Below are positions 10,095 through 22,600 of a stretch of DNA of 64,000 bases, in pieces. Both the position numbers and the translations under genes were made by a program. The notes below the pieces were generated by a model. The model saw only the letters and a program-made list of their open reading frames with translations, made no database searches and was not told the DNA's origin. Source of the DNA: a virus; IMG/VR virus record IMGVR_UViG_3300020445_000983, positions 1 through 64,000 of that record, one strand, 5' to 3'. Position 1 is the stretch's first letter. Each line of letters starts with the position of its first letter.

Positions 10095-11630
10095 TTAGAA
10101 CTCTACTACGATCTTGATGTCTTCAATTTGGTCGCCAGCACGGGAGATTGCTCTCCTATTGTCTATGTAGATGACTTTTCCAGAGTCCTTTTTCACTTCA
10201 GGTTTGGCGTAACCAGAGGTGAATGACATACCGAGATCGTACTCAGTGTTATTAATAACACGAGTTGCTTCACCAGGTACCACAGGGAAGTTAATGTCTG
10301 GATCAACGGATGTACCAGATCCAGAACCTACAATGGTGTTACCACCAGAGAATTCCACTTTGTTACCTGTAATTTCAGGGAAGATACCATCAACCCTGTT
10401 TTGGAAATACTTTAGAACTTTAGTAACACTGTTCCAGGAAACAACTCGACCACGAGCAGTAACCTGTTGTCCACCAACAGTTCTTGTTTGTGTGATAATT
10501 TCATCAGTGTTAAATGTACCTGTAAAATCTGGGGAGAATATTACAGCATTTGTAACTGACAATGTAATAGCATCTGCTAATTCCTCAGTACCGTACTTGA
10601 ATGGATTAAGTGTTAATCCAATACGACGATAATCGTTATCAGTTGGGAAGTCACCTGAACCTTCAGAGTAGGTAAACTTCGTGTTAATCATTACACGAAA
10701 ACCACCCAGTTCGATTGAAGGGGATGATCCGTGTCCTCCCTTCGGAGCGATGATGACATCGATAGCACCGCCGCTACCAGTACCAGCACCAATACCATTG
10801 ACTTCATCAATAATTACCTTACCAAAGGAATAATTAGAACCACCAGAGGTTACAGTAGCACTAACAATGCGACCGCCGTCCACAACGATACTAATCCGAC
10901 CGCCCGTGCCATCTCCCTTGATCGTAATATTTTCGTATGTACCATTGTTGTAACCAGAACCAGATGATTGTATAACCACTGTATCTATCTCACCACCAAC
11001 GGCATCAGATTGTACAGCAGTGTCAACTAATACAGGCATATAATCGCCTGAGAAGAATTTCAGTACCTGACCAACAGGGATCGTAAACATATACTTCCAA
11101 CGGTAACCGTCAGCAGTTGTGATAATCGAAGTGGAGGTGCCAGTAGGCTCAACAGTACTAGGTTTACCATTAGGATCAGAAGGACTTGTCCCGTTGTAGA
11201 TACACTTGTAAACCTGATAAGACGAGTTAACAACATAGAAATCAGCATCATATAGTTTAGTAGCACCAGAAGAAGCAGTCTTACTGGAACTATAATCGTG
11301 ACGGTACATATCGTACACGTAACCCAAACCACCAGTGGTTTGTTCTGGGGGTATCCAGTCTATACGACGTATGACTTGAATAGAGTCATTAGCTAAGACT
11401 CTCTTCATAGAGATCATATCATCATATGAGTCTGAAAATTCTTGGAAAGAATCAATAGGAGTAGGAGGATTGTTCTCATTGTCCCACTCTTGCGGTCTAC
11501 CAATGAAAACATACAGACGATCACGATTTGCACCAGCAGCTATGTCGCTCTGAGTTTTATCGGGACCTTCCAGCGATTTGATGAATTTTTCTGCGGTGAA
11601 AATTCTAAATTGATCGGTAAGTAATGCCAT
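10095..11630 (-). CDS. gp8: Baseplate wedge subunit gp8
   Basis: 511 aa; LYVFIGRPQEW, YDMYRHDY, VYKCIYNG, DGYRWKYMF and C-terminal YIDNR...EDIKIVVEF motifs. Confidence 0.9.
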   Translation of the reverse strand: MALLTDQFRIFTAEKFIKSLEGPDKTQSDIAAGANRDRLYVFIGRPQEWDNENNPPTPIDSFQEFSDSYDDMISMKRVLANDSIQVIRRIDWIPPEQTTGGLGYVYDMYRHDYSSSKTASSGATKLYDADFYVVNSSYQVYKCIYNGTSPSDPNGKPSTVEPTGTSTSIITTADGYRWKYMFTIPVGQVLKFFSGDYMPVLVDTAVQSDAVGGEIDTVVIQSSGSGYNNGTYENITIKGDGTGGRISIVVDGGRIVSATVTSGGSNYSFGKVIIDEVNGIGAGTGSGGAIDVIIAPKGGHGSSPSIELGGFRVMINTKFTYSEGSGDFPTDNDYRRIGLTLNPFKYGTEELADAITLSVTNAVIFSPDFTGTFNTDEIITQTRTVGGQQVTARGRVVSWNSVTKVLKYFQNRVDGIFPEITGNKVEFSGGNTIVGSGSGTSVDPDINFPVVPGEATRVINNTEYDLGMSFTSGYAKPEVKKDSGKVIYIDNRRAISRAGDQIEDIKIVVEF

Positions 11631-11651
11631 TGCTAGCTTGTGCCTTCTTTT

Positions 11652-11659
11652 TATTTATA
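11652..11659 (-). promoter_or_regulatory. T4-type late promoter TATAAATA
   Basis: Exact consensus ~20 nt upstream of the gp8 ATG. Confidence 0.8.
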
Positions 11660-11665
11660 CTGGGT

Positions 11666-13540
11666 TTAATCAGGCTCGTTTCGAACGGATGATGGATACT
11701 GAATTCCACTTAGAGTGCCTGACGCTCCAGAGGCTTGTCCATTGATAGATTCATTCTTATTCCAGAGGTAATTACCACCGTTAGCAACAGGGTCTTTACA
11801 CACTAGTACCTTATTTGATGAGTCCCAAGAGACTACAGTTGCCTGTACACCACTAAGACTACCAAGGACAGTTTCACCAATGCCAAAGTTATATGCATTT
11901 GCCATTGTCATAAATGTAAACTCAATAGTTGATAAATGCAATTCACCATCACCTAGAGCACCAGCAACAGAAACTGTTGGGGATCTAGAAGGTAAACTAG
12001 CATCACTCATCTGATCACCATTAGCAAACAGAGAAGTATTCTGTCCACCAAGGGTCTCTTCTAATCCATATAAAGATGTTGCAATACCACCATCTAGGTT
12101 AATTGCACCTTCAAAATCTGTACCCGTATTAATTAAGTCAGGTATACCATCACCAGCACCAGATAATTCATCATCATCTTCAAATGCCTTATCTTGTATG
12201 ATCTGTATAGGATCTGTTAACTGGTATATCTTTGAACCAATTTCATCAACTAGAACGTGTGGTTCGATACCAGTAGCACTAGATGCTGCAATACCAGCAG
12301 TAAAGTCAATAACCTGTGATGTTACCATTGATGACCCACCATCAATGAACGCTAGTTTATCAACCTCAAATACCAGGTACAATGCTTTCTCAGCAGGTAC
12401 CCAGTCATATACACGTGCAATCTTATTACTAGAACTCTCAGATGTTCTAATGACACGATCTCCTACATTAAATACGTAAGTTGAAATGCCAGTATTAGGA
12501 TCATCTGCTAATGCATCAAGAGTTATCTTTTGATCATACCTAAAGTTAACTGCTCTATCACATCCAGTAAATGATGTAGGTGTCTTACCTGTATATCTTA
12601 TTACTTCTCTTCCAATAAGGATTTTTCCAGATCCAGGAAACGGATCTGTAGTTTCAACATATATTGACTGGTCTGTAATTCCAACATCTGTAAGTAACCC
12701 TGTAAGGTTATAGATAGTCGAGTTAAACGCTTGTCTGTTGCGACTCTTTTTGATGAGATCAGTTTTTCTTGTAAATATAACTTGTGGTGCAACAGCATAA
12801 CCGCCCCCAGGGTCAAGTATGTCGATGCCCGTGATAGCACCCAAATTAACCGTCGCTTGAGCTCTGGCACCACCTCCACCACCTCCATTTAGCAAGATAA
12901 CAGGTGGAGTTTCAAAGAATTCACCAGCATTAGTTACATTAACCTGTTTGATAATACCAAACTGATCAACATCAGCAACACCAGTAGCACCTTGTCCACC
13001 ACCTCCAGAAACAATTAAATTTATATCTCCATTTTCATAGTTAGCACCAGCCTGTTCTAATGACAAACCAGTTACCAAACCTGTTACAGGACGTAGTTCA
13101 GCACCAGATCCACCACCACCCTTTATCTCAGCAGTAGTTTCACCTGTAAAAAAGTTGTCTCCATTAGACAACATTTGAATATAATTAATCGATCCAGCAG
13201 GTGCTAGTACATTTCCCTGTGTATCTATTTGATCTTCTGCCCAAAGGAATGCCTTTGCATTTGCACCATATCCTCCTCCATCATTATTAATATTAATTCT
13301 GAATGGATCATATCCTTCTCCAGGATGCAGTACCTTAACAGCAGCAATCTGACCATTAGTAATTATCGGCTCTAAAATAGCCTCAACAAGAGGCGTACCG
13401 CAATTTCCTATAGTTAATTTTGGTGGATCTGTGGCAACATATCCTGAACCACCATCTTCTACAAATACGTCCTTTACACCATACGTACTGTTAAAGACTG
13501 GTTCGATTACTGCACCTGACCCTGGGACTGTTCTTGTCAT
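11666..13540 (-). CDS. Virion structural protein with Gly-rich (G.GY...P.V...GGGG.GA.A.A) repeats
   Basis: 624 aa; same repeat type as in gp8 and the giant protein; baseplate cluster. Confidence 0.8.
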   Translation of the reverse strand: MTRTVPGSGAVIEPVFNSTYGVKDVFVEDGGSGYVATDPPKLTIGNCGTPLVEAILEPIITNGQIAAVKVLHPGEGYDPFRININNDGGGYGANAKAFLWAEDQIDTQGNVLAPAGSINYIQMLSNGDNFFTGETTAEIKGGGGSGAELRPVTGLVTGLSLEQAGANYENGDINLIVSGGGGQGATGVADVDQFGIIKQVNVTNAGEFFETPPVILLNGGGGGGARAQATVNLGAITGIDILDPGGGYAVAPQVIFTRKTDLIKKSRNRQAFNSTIYNLTGLLTDVGITDQSIYVETTDPFPGSGKILIGREVIRYTGKTPTSFTGCDRAVNFRYDQKITLDALADDPNTGISTYVFNVGDRVIRTSESSSNKIARVYDWVPAEKALYLVFEVDKLAFIDGGSSMVTSQVIDFTAGIAASSATGIEPHVLVDEIGSKIYQLTDPIQIIQDKAFEDDDELSGAGDGIPDLINTGTDFEGAINLDGGIATSLYGLEETLGGQNTSLFANGDQMSDASLPSRSPTVSVAGALGDGELHLSTIEFTFMTMANAYNFGIGETVLGSLSGVQATVVSWDSSNKVLVCKDPVANGGNYLWNKNESINGQASGASGTLSGIQYPSSVRNEPD

Positions 13541-13544
13541 CTAG

Positions 13545-15215
13545 TTATCTAACATCAATTGAACCAGTCATATTAGTGTGCGCTGTGCACTGATAATATA
13601 AAGTAGTTGGTGCATCTAGAGGTACCGTGAATGTCTGTAGTGCTTCCTTATCACCACCAACACCTGTAGTGTATTCAGTACCAGATGTACCAGTTGTAGA
13701 CTGAATTCTTAATGGGTGTGCAGAACCTGCTTGATTGTCAAGGTCATATGTAAATCCTCTGTACATAATCAGAGTAACGTTATTAGTACCACCTGCAGGA
13801 AGTCCAGGTCCCTTAACGTTATAGTTATTCATATCAGGAGCAGTAAACCTATACAACGTTGTTGGAGAAGGTTTAAAGATGGTTGAGTTGTTATGTCCTT
13901 TAATAATGGATGCACCAGCAGGAGCATTACCAACCTGAGTCTGGAATCCACCACCAACTTCAGAGAAGTTAGTACCATCATTTGCAACATCAAGTGTACC
14001 GTTAGTACCAATCTTTAGTCTCTTAGTACCAATCTTGATCTCACCATCAGCAGCAAGTTCAAGGTTTCCACTAGCATCAACTTTAATTGTTCTACCAGCA
14101 GCACCGAAACGCAATTCAGCATCAGGTAACGTTAGGTTACCACTTGCATCCATACTAAGTTTATTGGCAGCAGTAGAACCAAACTGTATCTCAGTACCTT
14201 GAGCAAGTACTACATTGTCGTTACCATCAAAATCGATAGTCTTATTAGATCCAGTAGCACCAAATCTAATACCACCTGCAGATGGAAGTTCTAATATACC
14301 GTCACCATCAATTTCTAAAGACTTACCACCACCGAAATCAAGTTTCTGTCCAATATCAACCTTACCAGTTTCATCCTCACTTACAATTCTACTCTTAGAT
14401 GTAATGTGAATATCAGCTGCTGTTGAAATTGCTTGTGATTGGTTAGCACCAGCAGCAGTAACAGTAATGAAACCACGTGCACCACCATTCTCAGCAGTAA
14501 ATGCAGCAAACTCAACTTCTGCTTTAGCACCAAGAGAGTCTTCAACATCTAGCTTAGTACCAGCCTTCATATCAACGAAACGAAGACGGAACTTCTCTTC
14601 TTGTGTTGAGTTCTCAGATGCTAGTTTTGAACTTATAGTACGAGTAGCACCAGTGTCTATACTTTGTACAGTATGTACCTGCTTCTTCTTTCTTTGGAAT
14701 TCTTGTGTGGTCTCATCACTTGAGATAGCAGTATCACCAAGCCATAGAGAAGCATTGACTAAGTATGCATCCCTGAAACGTAGTGTACTAGAACCTAAGT
14801 CATAAGTATTGTCACTATTAGGAAGGAAGTTTGTAGAAATAACAACCTCATCACTACCATTGTTGGTAAGATTATTGATAGAAGAACCACCGCCGCCACC
14901 GCCTTGTAAGTCATCCCCTGGCTGAAAGCGTGAGTTAGCAGTATTCCACTTAAGTACTTGTCCGTTAGTTATACCTGAAATATCAACGTCTGTTAAATTC
15001 GCAGCAGCAAGTTGTCCCTCAGTAAATACTGAACCATTCCATTTAAGGACTTGATTGGTTGAAGGAGATCCTACTGAGATCTGGAGGTTCGTCTGGTCTC
15101 CAAGGTAATCATACAACTCATTAATAACATTATTGAGTTTGATAGCACCGTCTCGTAAGGTATCACCAGTTCCATCATTGGCACTTACACCAATGTTTAC
15201 ATTTTGCTTAGCCAT
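13545..15215 (-). CDS. gp9: gp9/gp10-like baseplate-fibre connector with C-terminal cupredoxin-like domain
   Basis: 556 aa; N-terminal KQNVNIGVSANDGTGDTLRDGAIKLN is the gp9/gp10 signature; short beta repeats in the middle; AHP...YYQCTAHTNM at the end. Confidence 0.7.
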   Translation of the reverse strand: MAKQNVNIGVSANDGTGDTLRDGAIKLNNVINELYDYLGDQTNLQISVGSPSTNQVLKWNGSVFTEGQLAAANLTDVDISGITNGQVLKWNTANSRFQPGDDLQGGGGGGSSINNLTNNGSDEVVISTNFLPNSDNTYDLGSSTLRFRDAYLVNASLWLGDTAISSDETTQEFQRKKKQVHTVQSIDTGATRTISSKLASENSTQEEKFRLRFVDMKAGTKLDVEDSLGAKAEVEFAAFTAENGGARGFITVTAAGANQSQAISTAADIHITSKSRIVSEDETGKVDIGQKLDFGGGKSLEIDGDGILELPSAGGIRFGATGSNKTIDFDGNDNVVLAQGTEIQFGSTAANKLSMDASGNLTLPDAELRFGAAGRTIKVDASGNLELAADGEIKIGTKRLKIGTNGTLDVANDGTNFSEVGGGFQTQVGNAPAGASIIKGHNNSTIFKPSPTTLYRFTAPDMNNYNVKGPGLPAGGTNNVTLIMYRGFTYDLDNQAGSAHPLRIQSTTGTSGTEYTTGVGGDKEALQTFTVPLDAPTTLYYQCTAHTNMTGSIDVR

Positions 15216-15239
15216 AATTGGGGACTATTTCTACAGGAG

Positions 15240-15247
15240 TATTTATG
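15240..15247 (-). promoter_or_regulatory. Late promoter variant CATAAATA
   Basis: ATAAATA core overlapping the upstream stop, 25 nt before the gp9-like ATG. Confidence 0.6.
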
Positions 15248-16616
15248 TCATATCAAAGTTTTCTGAGGTATTGTCAAATCTTACGTTATTTCTTGTAAAA
15301 TCAGGGTTGTTATTATCCCTTGATACATCAACTGGAGTCATATCAAATGTACCAACGTTACTATCCCATTTTTGGATAGAAGCATAATCAATTCCAGAAC
15401 CAGAACCTGTAACAGTAAGAATTGCCAAATTAGATGCAAGTGGTGAGTTGTCTGCAGGAGTTGCAGCACCAACTGGACCCGTCAATATGCATCTATAACG
15501 ATAACCTGTCATATAGGCTACCGCTAAAATAGTTAGTGTACTATTAGTATCACCACTAAGGTTTGACCACGCAAATCCACCATCAGTTGATACTTGCCAT
15601 TGATATGCAATAGTACCAGCTTCGGGTTGAATTTCTGCGACTACATTAAAGTTTTGTGTATTACCAGCAGCAACTGTTGCATTAACAGGCTGGTAAGTAA
15701 TAACAAGAGTTGGAGTTTGAGTACCTCCTCCTCCATCGTCACCACCACCTTGTTCAGGAGGGGCTGCATAGCCATCATTATCAGGTTTATCTAATGCTTG
15801 CTTCGAAGTAAACCCAACCATAAATGGAAAAATAGGATTACCACTTCCGTCCTCAGTGACGAAATATGCAAACGTACCACTTGGAAACTCAGGTGTCTTA
15901 CACCATCTACCATTATGTGTATCTAATGCACCAGCATTAGCACCTGTGTACTCCCAATCTTCTACAAAACAACCTGCAGGGTATGTTAGATCATACGCAG
16001 GTCTGCTAGGAGCTTCCTCTACTCTTATACTGTATCCACTTACCATCCTCTGTACAGCAGATGTATTGATATTAGGGTCTTGATAACCCCAAGGACCGTA
16101 AACTGGATATCCATCAAAACAAAAACCTATAATTTTTGAATGTCCATCAGGATGACGCATATTATCGCCATTGTATTGTGATGTACCATAATAATCATTG
16201 TAACCAGATATGATCTGATTATTTTTAAAGCATTCTATAAATCTACTATCATCATAAAAATACTGGTTATTGGTATTAGGTGTACCACCACAGGAGTCTT
16301 CTCCTAAGTTTATAGGAGCATTATTACCTGCTGCCACATAGTGAAATCCAGCAGGAGGAGAACCAGCATCACCCCCAGAAGGGTTGAAAATGACTACACC
16401 ATTAGAAGCAACACCAATGGCACCTATTTGTACCGTAGTTGCTCCTGAAGTATTCTCACCACCACGATATACAAAATCGTGGTTAAACGTATATGCTGCA
16501 ATAGTATTTGCGTTATTTCCATTAGGAAATGTACCAGCAGATACTGGGGTGGGCATACCATCCCCTGTAACTGTCAGCACTTTTGTCCCTGGATTGTAAG
16601 AACCTGTGGCTGCCAT
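15243..16616 (-). CDS. YHYH-like domain plus Ig-like domain structural protein
   Basis: 457 aa; IGVASNGVVIFNP, GHSKIIGFCFDGYPVYGPWGY, LDTHNGRWCKTPEFP; Ig-like QP...YQWQ...YRYRC. Confidence 0.78.
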   Translation of the reverse strand: MAATGSYNPGTKVLTVTGDGMPTPVSAGTFPNGNNANTIAAYTFNHDFVYRGGENTSGATTVQIGAIGVASNGVVIFNPSGGDAGSPPAGFHYVAAGNNAPINLGEDSCGGTPNTNNQYFYDDSRFIECFKNNQIISGYNDYYGTSQYNGDNMRHPDGHSKIIGFCFDGYPVYGPWGYQDPNINTSAVQRMVSGYSIRVEEAPSRPAYDLTYPAGCFVEDWEYTGANAGALDTHNGRWCKTPEFPSGTFAYFVTEDGSGNPIFPFMVGFTSKQALDKPDNDGYAAPPEQGGGDDGGGGTQTPTLVITYQPVNATVAAGNTQNFNVVAEIQPEAGTIAYQWQVSTDGGFAWSNLSGDTNSTLTILAVAYMTGYRYRCILTGPVGAATPADNSPLASNLAILTVTGSGSGIDYASIQKWDSNVGTFDMTPVDVSRDNNNPDFTRNNVRFDNTSENFDMT

Positions 16617-16621
16617 ATGTT

Positions 16622-16628
16622 TATTTAG
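16622..16628 (-). promoter_or_regulatory. Late promoter variant CTAAATA
   Basis: TAAATA core overlapping the stop of the giant gene, just upstream of the next ATG. Confidence 0.55.
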
Positions 16629-19600
16629 TTGTCATCAAAGATTTGATCAGGTGTGAAGTTATCAACGGTTGATGCACCGACGTTAACTGTGAGGACTGCG
16701 GCAGTAGATAGAACTGGAATTGCGCCAGGTGATGTAATACCAACACGATATTCATCTCCACCATCACCCTGTTGAGTAGATGTAATACTGATTGAATCAG
16801 TTGTTGCTCCAGCAACGTTGAGCCAGCTATCGGTACCGTATTCCTTCTTCTGCCACTGGTAGGAGAGGGTAGAACCGTTAGAGGAAGTAGCAATTATTAC
16901 GAATGCAGCACTCTGACCTTGGTTAACTGTTACACTAACAGGTGGGGTACTAATGGTAATAAATTGCTCGTCAGGAGTTGAACCGCCCTCAGGATCTTGC
17001 CAGCCTGGATCGTAGATGTCTATACCACCGTTTAGAGCAGCACCTGTAGGTCCGAGGAAACTATCTTCAACAGTTGTTTCTACTTGAACGATTGGTTGTA
17101 CATAACCTTGACCTGCGTTCTTAACATCAATACGTGCGAGACCAACTAATGCTTTAATCTTAGCTCCGAATCCAGAGGAAGAAATAACATCAACGTTTGG
17201 ACGTGTACTATAACCATCACCAGATCCAGTAAGAACTGCCTTGGTAACACGACCCTTCTCTATAGTTGCGAGAGCGTCTGCGTTACGTCCCTTAACTGCA
17301 CCAGAGTATTCGAAGGTAATTAGTGAGTTAGAAGACTCAATTAGAGCAACAGTTCTGTTCTCTTCCTCACCCTCAATTATTAGATCGTCACCAGCTTCAA
17401 TTGGAGGTACGACTGTAGCAGCGATAACGTCAACGTCAGAACCAATGTAGGAGAATGCAACGAATGTTGAACCTGCACGAGGTACTTCAGAGAAGATTAT
17501 ACGTGAACCAACGATCTCAAAACCGATACCTGGTTCCTGTATAACACCGTTCAACTGACAAATAATGTTGTTCTCAGGTCTAATCGTGTTGGACTGTACA
17601 CCTTCAGTCAATGTTAGTGAGTAGAATACTCCACCTAACTTCAAGTTGAAGGAGTTACGTAATGAATCAAAGTCGAATCCAATATCATCTAACTGTCTTA
17701 ACTTACCAACGTATACACCGTGGAAACTAGATCCAGCAGCAGGTGCTTCAGTGAACTGAACGTTATCAGAGAATGCAGTGAAGGAGTAATCAGCGCCAGG
17801 TGGCTGCAAGATTCCGTTCACGAAGATCATCATATGACCTGCGGGATCTGGGAAGTATGGGGTACCGTTATTCTCAGTTAACTTGAAGTTCATCTGAGTT
17901 CCATCAAATCCTCTGAAGTATCTTCTAACACGACCACGTAAAGTTCTAGCAGCAGAACAAGCACCTTGGAATCCATTGTCACCAATGATTTGTGCGTTCT
18001 TCTGGAAGCTTCCCTCACTATCACCTAGGTGTAAGGTTGCCTTAGTACCTAACTGAGTAATCTTCTCGATTCTACCGTATGCTGTGGTAGAAGTAACCTG
18101 AGCAGCAGCAATAAGAGTCCAAACACTTGGGAAGTTAGAACCTTCAGGTAACTTACCTAAAGTGTACTGTGAGTTACTTGCGATATCAGAAACAGTAACA
18201 CCCTCAGGAGCGTTGGTACTATTACATACGAAGAGGTAATTATTGTCCTCATTCTTCTCAGTTATAGTAACTGTCCAGTTAGGAGATAGAACAGCACCAC
18301 CAGAGAAGACCTGACATACATCACCAACCTCAATACTATCTGTTACACCAGTATCAGTAATGAATGCAGAGTAAGTTAACCTTGTAATATCTCTTGCGTG
18401 TACATACTCACCGAAGTTTGGTAGAGAAGCGAACGCTTCAATCTCAATAATCTGATCAGTAACTGAACCGTAGATAACATCGTTAGGAGCAAACTCACCA
18501 GTAATTGTATCGATATCGAATGTAACACGACCTCTTTGGTTATCAAGTAGTGCACCATTGTTATTTCTAACGATCAATGCATTTGCCTTAGAACCAGAAT
18601 CAGCAGAGTAAATCTTATCATTAGCTAAGAACTCACCCTGACGGAAGTTAACTAGGATTCTACTATGTGTAGAAACTACAGTTGCGGTACCACCAGATGT
18701 TACACCTTCTAGTACGTCTGCTGCATTAAATGTACCTACAGGGTTAACAACCTTGATGTAAGTAGCATTATCTGTAGCAAGAACAGATGCAGTATTACCT
18801 GTTGCACCTTGTACAACAACTGCTTCACCATTCTCCAACTTAGGAGATGATGAGAAGGTGTTACACTCAATGTAAGTAACAACGTAGTAAATGTCTGCGT
18901 GATTATCTGCAATTCTTACAATCTCACCAGTTGCACCAGTGGTTGTACCGTAACATACGTCAGCGAGGTTAATACCACCGTTAATAGGAGTAGGAACATC
19001 ACGTGAACCGTAAGTTGTTGGTATTCTATCAATTCCATCAACCCTTGTTAACGCAAGACTATGAGTCTCACCAGTTTGACCAGGATTAATATAAACTGCT
19101 TCACCATCAATATACTCGCATAAGAATACTCTATCTGCAGTAGTATGTGGGTGTACATAATAGTTTTCTCTATCAAGTTCTGCTATCATTGCACCCAATG
19201 CAATATACTTGACTTGATCGTAAGCTTCAAACCTATGTCCAACAATATCAATACCACCGTTAGATACACTGTTACCAGGATCAAAAGTATGTGATACGTA
19301 AGTTGTTGGGTAAGTTGATCTGTTTAAAGCAACATCTATTAAGTGACATAACGAATGGAGTTTATCTACAGCAGTCTTTGAAACACGAAGTTCTTTGTCA
19401 GTATATGCAGGGGTATTCTCAAAAGCACCAGGATCTATAGCATCTTGCTCTAGAACATTGATCATATATCTCTTGATAGCTTCGAAGTGGAAGATAACAC
19501 GAGTTCTGAATAGTTCAGGGAATGCAATGAAGGTACCTTCAGAGTCAAACCAGCTACTTACTAATCCAAGTGTCTTAGCATTACCAGCAGTAATAAAGTC

Positions 19601-22600
19601 GTAAATGAATGCCTTAAGAATATCATCGGAGAATGTATTGACTCCAGCGTACCCAGGATAGGTACCTAAAGTCTCTGACATAGACTCATCTCTGATATAA
19701 ACATTGTTATACATCAACAGACGTGCTGCCTGTTTACCCATTTCAGTACCACCACCAAGTGTATCAAGGATGATATTGAATAATGTGTGTGATGCAGAGG
19801 TAACGTTATAGCAGGTACCACCAATATAATTTGTGTTGGTAGTAGTAGGAGCAGTTCTAGTTACAGTACTAAGATGACTTGAGTTACCTTGTGCTGCCTG
19901 ATCCACAGTGTTGATAACTATATCCCACAGGGTATTAACTGCAGATTGCTCTGTCTGGCAGAATGAAGTACCATCATAGGTTATTGATATGTCTCTACGT
20001 ACAGCACGATCACCAGTAGTAGGCCACTCACCTGGGATGGTCTTCGTAATACCAGCCATATAAGAGTTAGGATTAGAAGCACCAGAACCAAATAGATTGA
20101 TAGGAATACCCATCAATGTTGTAATACCAGAAGCTTCATTACTACATCTAGTACCACCAGCATTAGCATAAGTTGTAATAGAGTTGTTATTAGAACTAAT
20201 GAATGTGTGTGAATAATTACCACCAGTAATTACAGATGCCTTAGTTACACAATGTGCTTCAGCAGATATGAATGTATGTGCGTCTGTGTTTGTGGAAGGA
20301 GCAGATGCAAGAACCTGTACACTAATATTATCCTGATCAACAACAGTGATAGGCATAAATGAGTTGCTAGCTGGGTCAGTAGAACGAGGATATGACTTGT
20401 TAACCTGTCCTCCTCCACCAAATCCACAACTGAATACTAGTGAATTGTCAGCAATCTTAATATAATCACCAGCAACCATTCCGTGACCATTAATGGTCAA
20501 TGTCATTACACCTGTTGTTGGGTTATATGCAGCATCTCTAGGTGTCTTGGTTACATTTGCTTCAAACTCGTGTGAGTAAGCACCACCAGAACGTACTGGG
20601 AATTTCTCAGCTCTTATAAACTTATGAGTATAAGATCCACCAGCAATGATTGCATTAGCTGTTGCACTCTGCCAAGTATGTGGAGATACGTTAGAAGATG
20701 TACCAACGTTAATTTGTATAGTACCATCAGGTCTTGTAATACCACCAGAGGTAGCAGATACAAATGTATGAGGTGTCTTATCTAAGTTTGCACGACCAAC
20801 AAATACATCAAACTGATGAGTAGACACATTAGAAAGTGGTAACCACTCATTATGTGAAGGATCTGTTGCTCTTGGATATGCGTGATCTGTAGCATAATCA
20901 TCTTTACCACAACTGAATGTGATAGATCCGTCTGCCATCTTGATCTTATCATTTGCCTTCTCAATACCATCTGTTGTAGCAGATACGAATGTATGAGTTG
21001 TGGTATTAGAGATTGGACCTTGACCGAAGAAGTAACCTACATTGACATCAAATTCATCGGTACCATTCTGATTCATTACAGTCAACCACTTATTACTTGC
21101 AGGGTCGGTTGTACGTGGATAAGAATGATTACCACCTGCCTGTGTGCAAGTAAAGGTTAATCCATTATCAGCAATCTTAATCTTGTCACCATTAACGAAT
21201 CCGTGGTTATTGGTTGTCTTAATAGTAAGAATACCAGTAGTAGGATTGTAAGAGGTACCTGTAGTTGCAGTCTTCTTAGTAGTAGCACTGAATCCGTGAC
21301 TTGGGATGGTGAGAGTCATCACACCAGTCTCAGGTCTGTAGATAGCGTTAGTTAATGTGTGTGAACTAGTTCCAACATTAGTAATTCTTTGTCCTTTCTC
21401 GAAGGATGGGTCTCTCTTCTGCTTAACACAGTTAGTAGCAGCACCAACATAAGTGTGATTGTAAATACCACCACCCTTAATAGCTCCTCTACTAATACTA
21501 TGAGCAACACCAGATTTGAATGTGTGTACTGTCTGGTTGGTAGAAGGAATAACATCTAGGACGTTAATATCAAATCCACTGGATGTTACGTTCTGAACCT
21601 TAATCCAGTTACCACTAACAGGGTCGTGTGCTCTAGGATATGTGTGATCAGTCTGATGACCATCCTGTGCACAAGTAAATGTAAGTGCATCGTTATCAAT
21701 TCTAATATGATCTCCATTCTTAACCCAGTGGTTACCAACAGTCAGTGTCATAAATCCTGTTGTTGGATTGTACACTGCATTGGTTGGAGTCATCTTCTCA
21801 TATCCAGGTTGGAATGTATGAGTATAACCAGCACCACCAGCTACAACTGCACCAGATACAGCACTCTGGAATACGTGAGTTGTTACGTTTGAAGAAGGTG
21901 CTTCCTTCAGTACATTAATAACAATCTGATTATTAGTAGGAACATCAACAATAGGAATTGATGTATCGTACATTGAGTCACGCTTTTGCTTAATAGCGTT
22001 AGTTGCACCAGATATAAAGATGTGTGGAGTTGTATTAGACTGAGGTACAATCTTATTAACTACAACCTTAAAGGTGTCAGATGTTACATCAAATACCTGT
22101 ATCCACTTACCTGCAAATGGGTCAGAAGGACGTGGATAAGTATGGTTTGTTTGATGATTATCTTGAGCACAAGTAAATGTTAATGCATTGTTATCAAACT
22201 TAACCCAGTCTCCATTACCCATTGCGTGAGCAGCAGATGTCTTAATCTGTAGTACACCTGTCTGTGGGTTATGGTAAGTACCACCAGTGATTACTGCACC
22301 AGCATCAGCACTTGACCAAGTGTGAGTATAGTTACCACCAGTAATTACTGCACCAGCAGTTGCTGAAATAAAGTTGTGAGTTGTAAGGTCAGTAATAGGA
22401 CCTTGACCACCGTTAACATTAATAGTAATTGTAGTATCAGTTGCTGCAATAATTGGTAGAGCAGTTCTGTATGCGTAGTCTTCACCATCTCCAGTAGCAG
22501 CACCAGAAGCACGTGGATAAGTCTTCTGAGTCTGATAGTTATTCAACTGATAGTCACAAGTGAATGTCAATGAATCATCAGCAAGTCTAATACTATCTCT

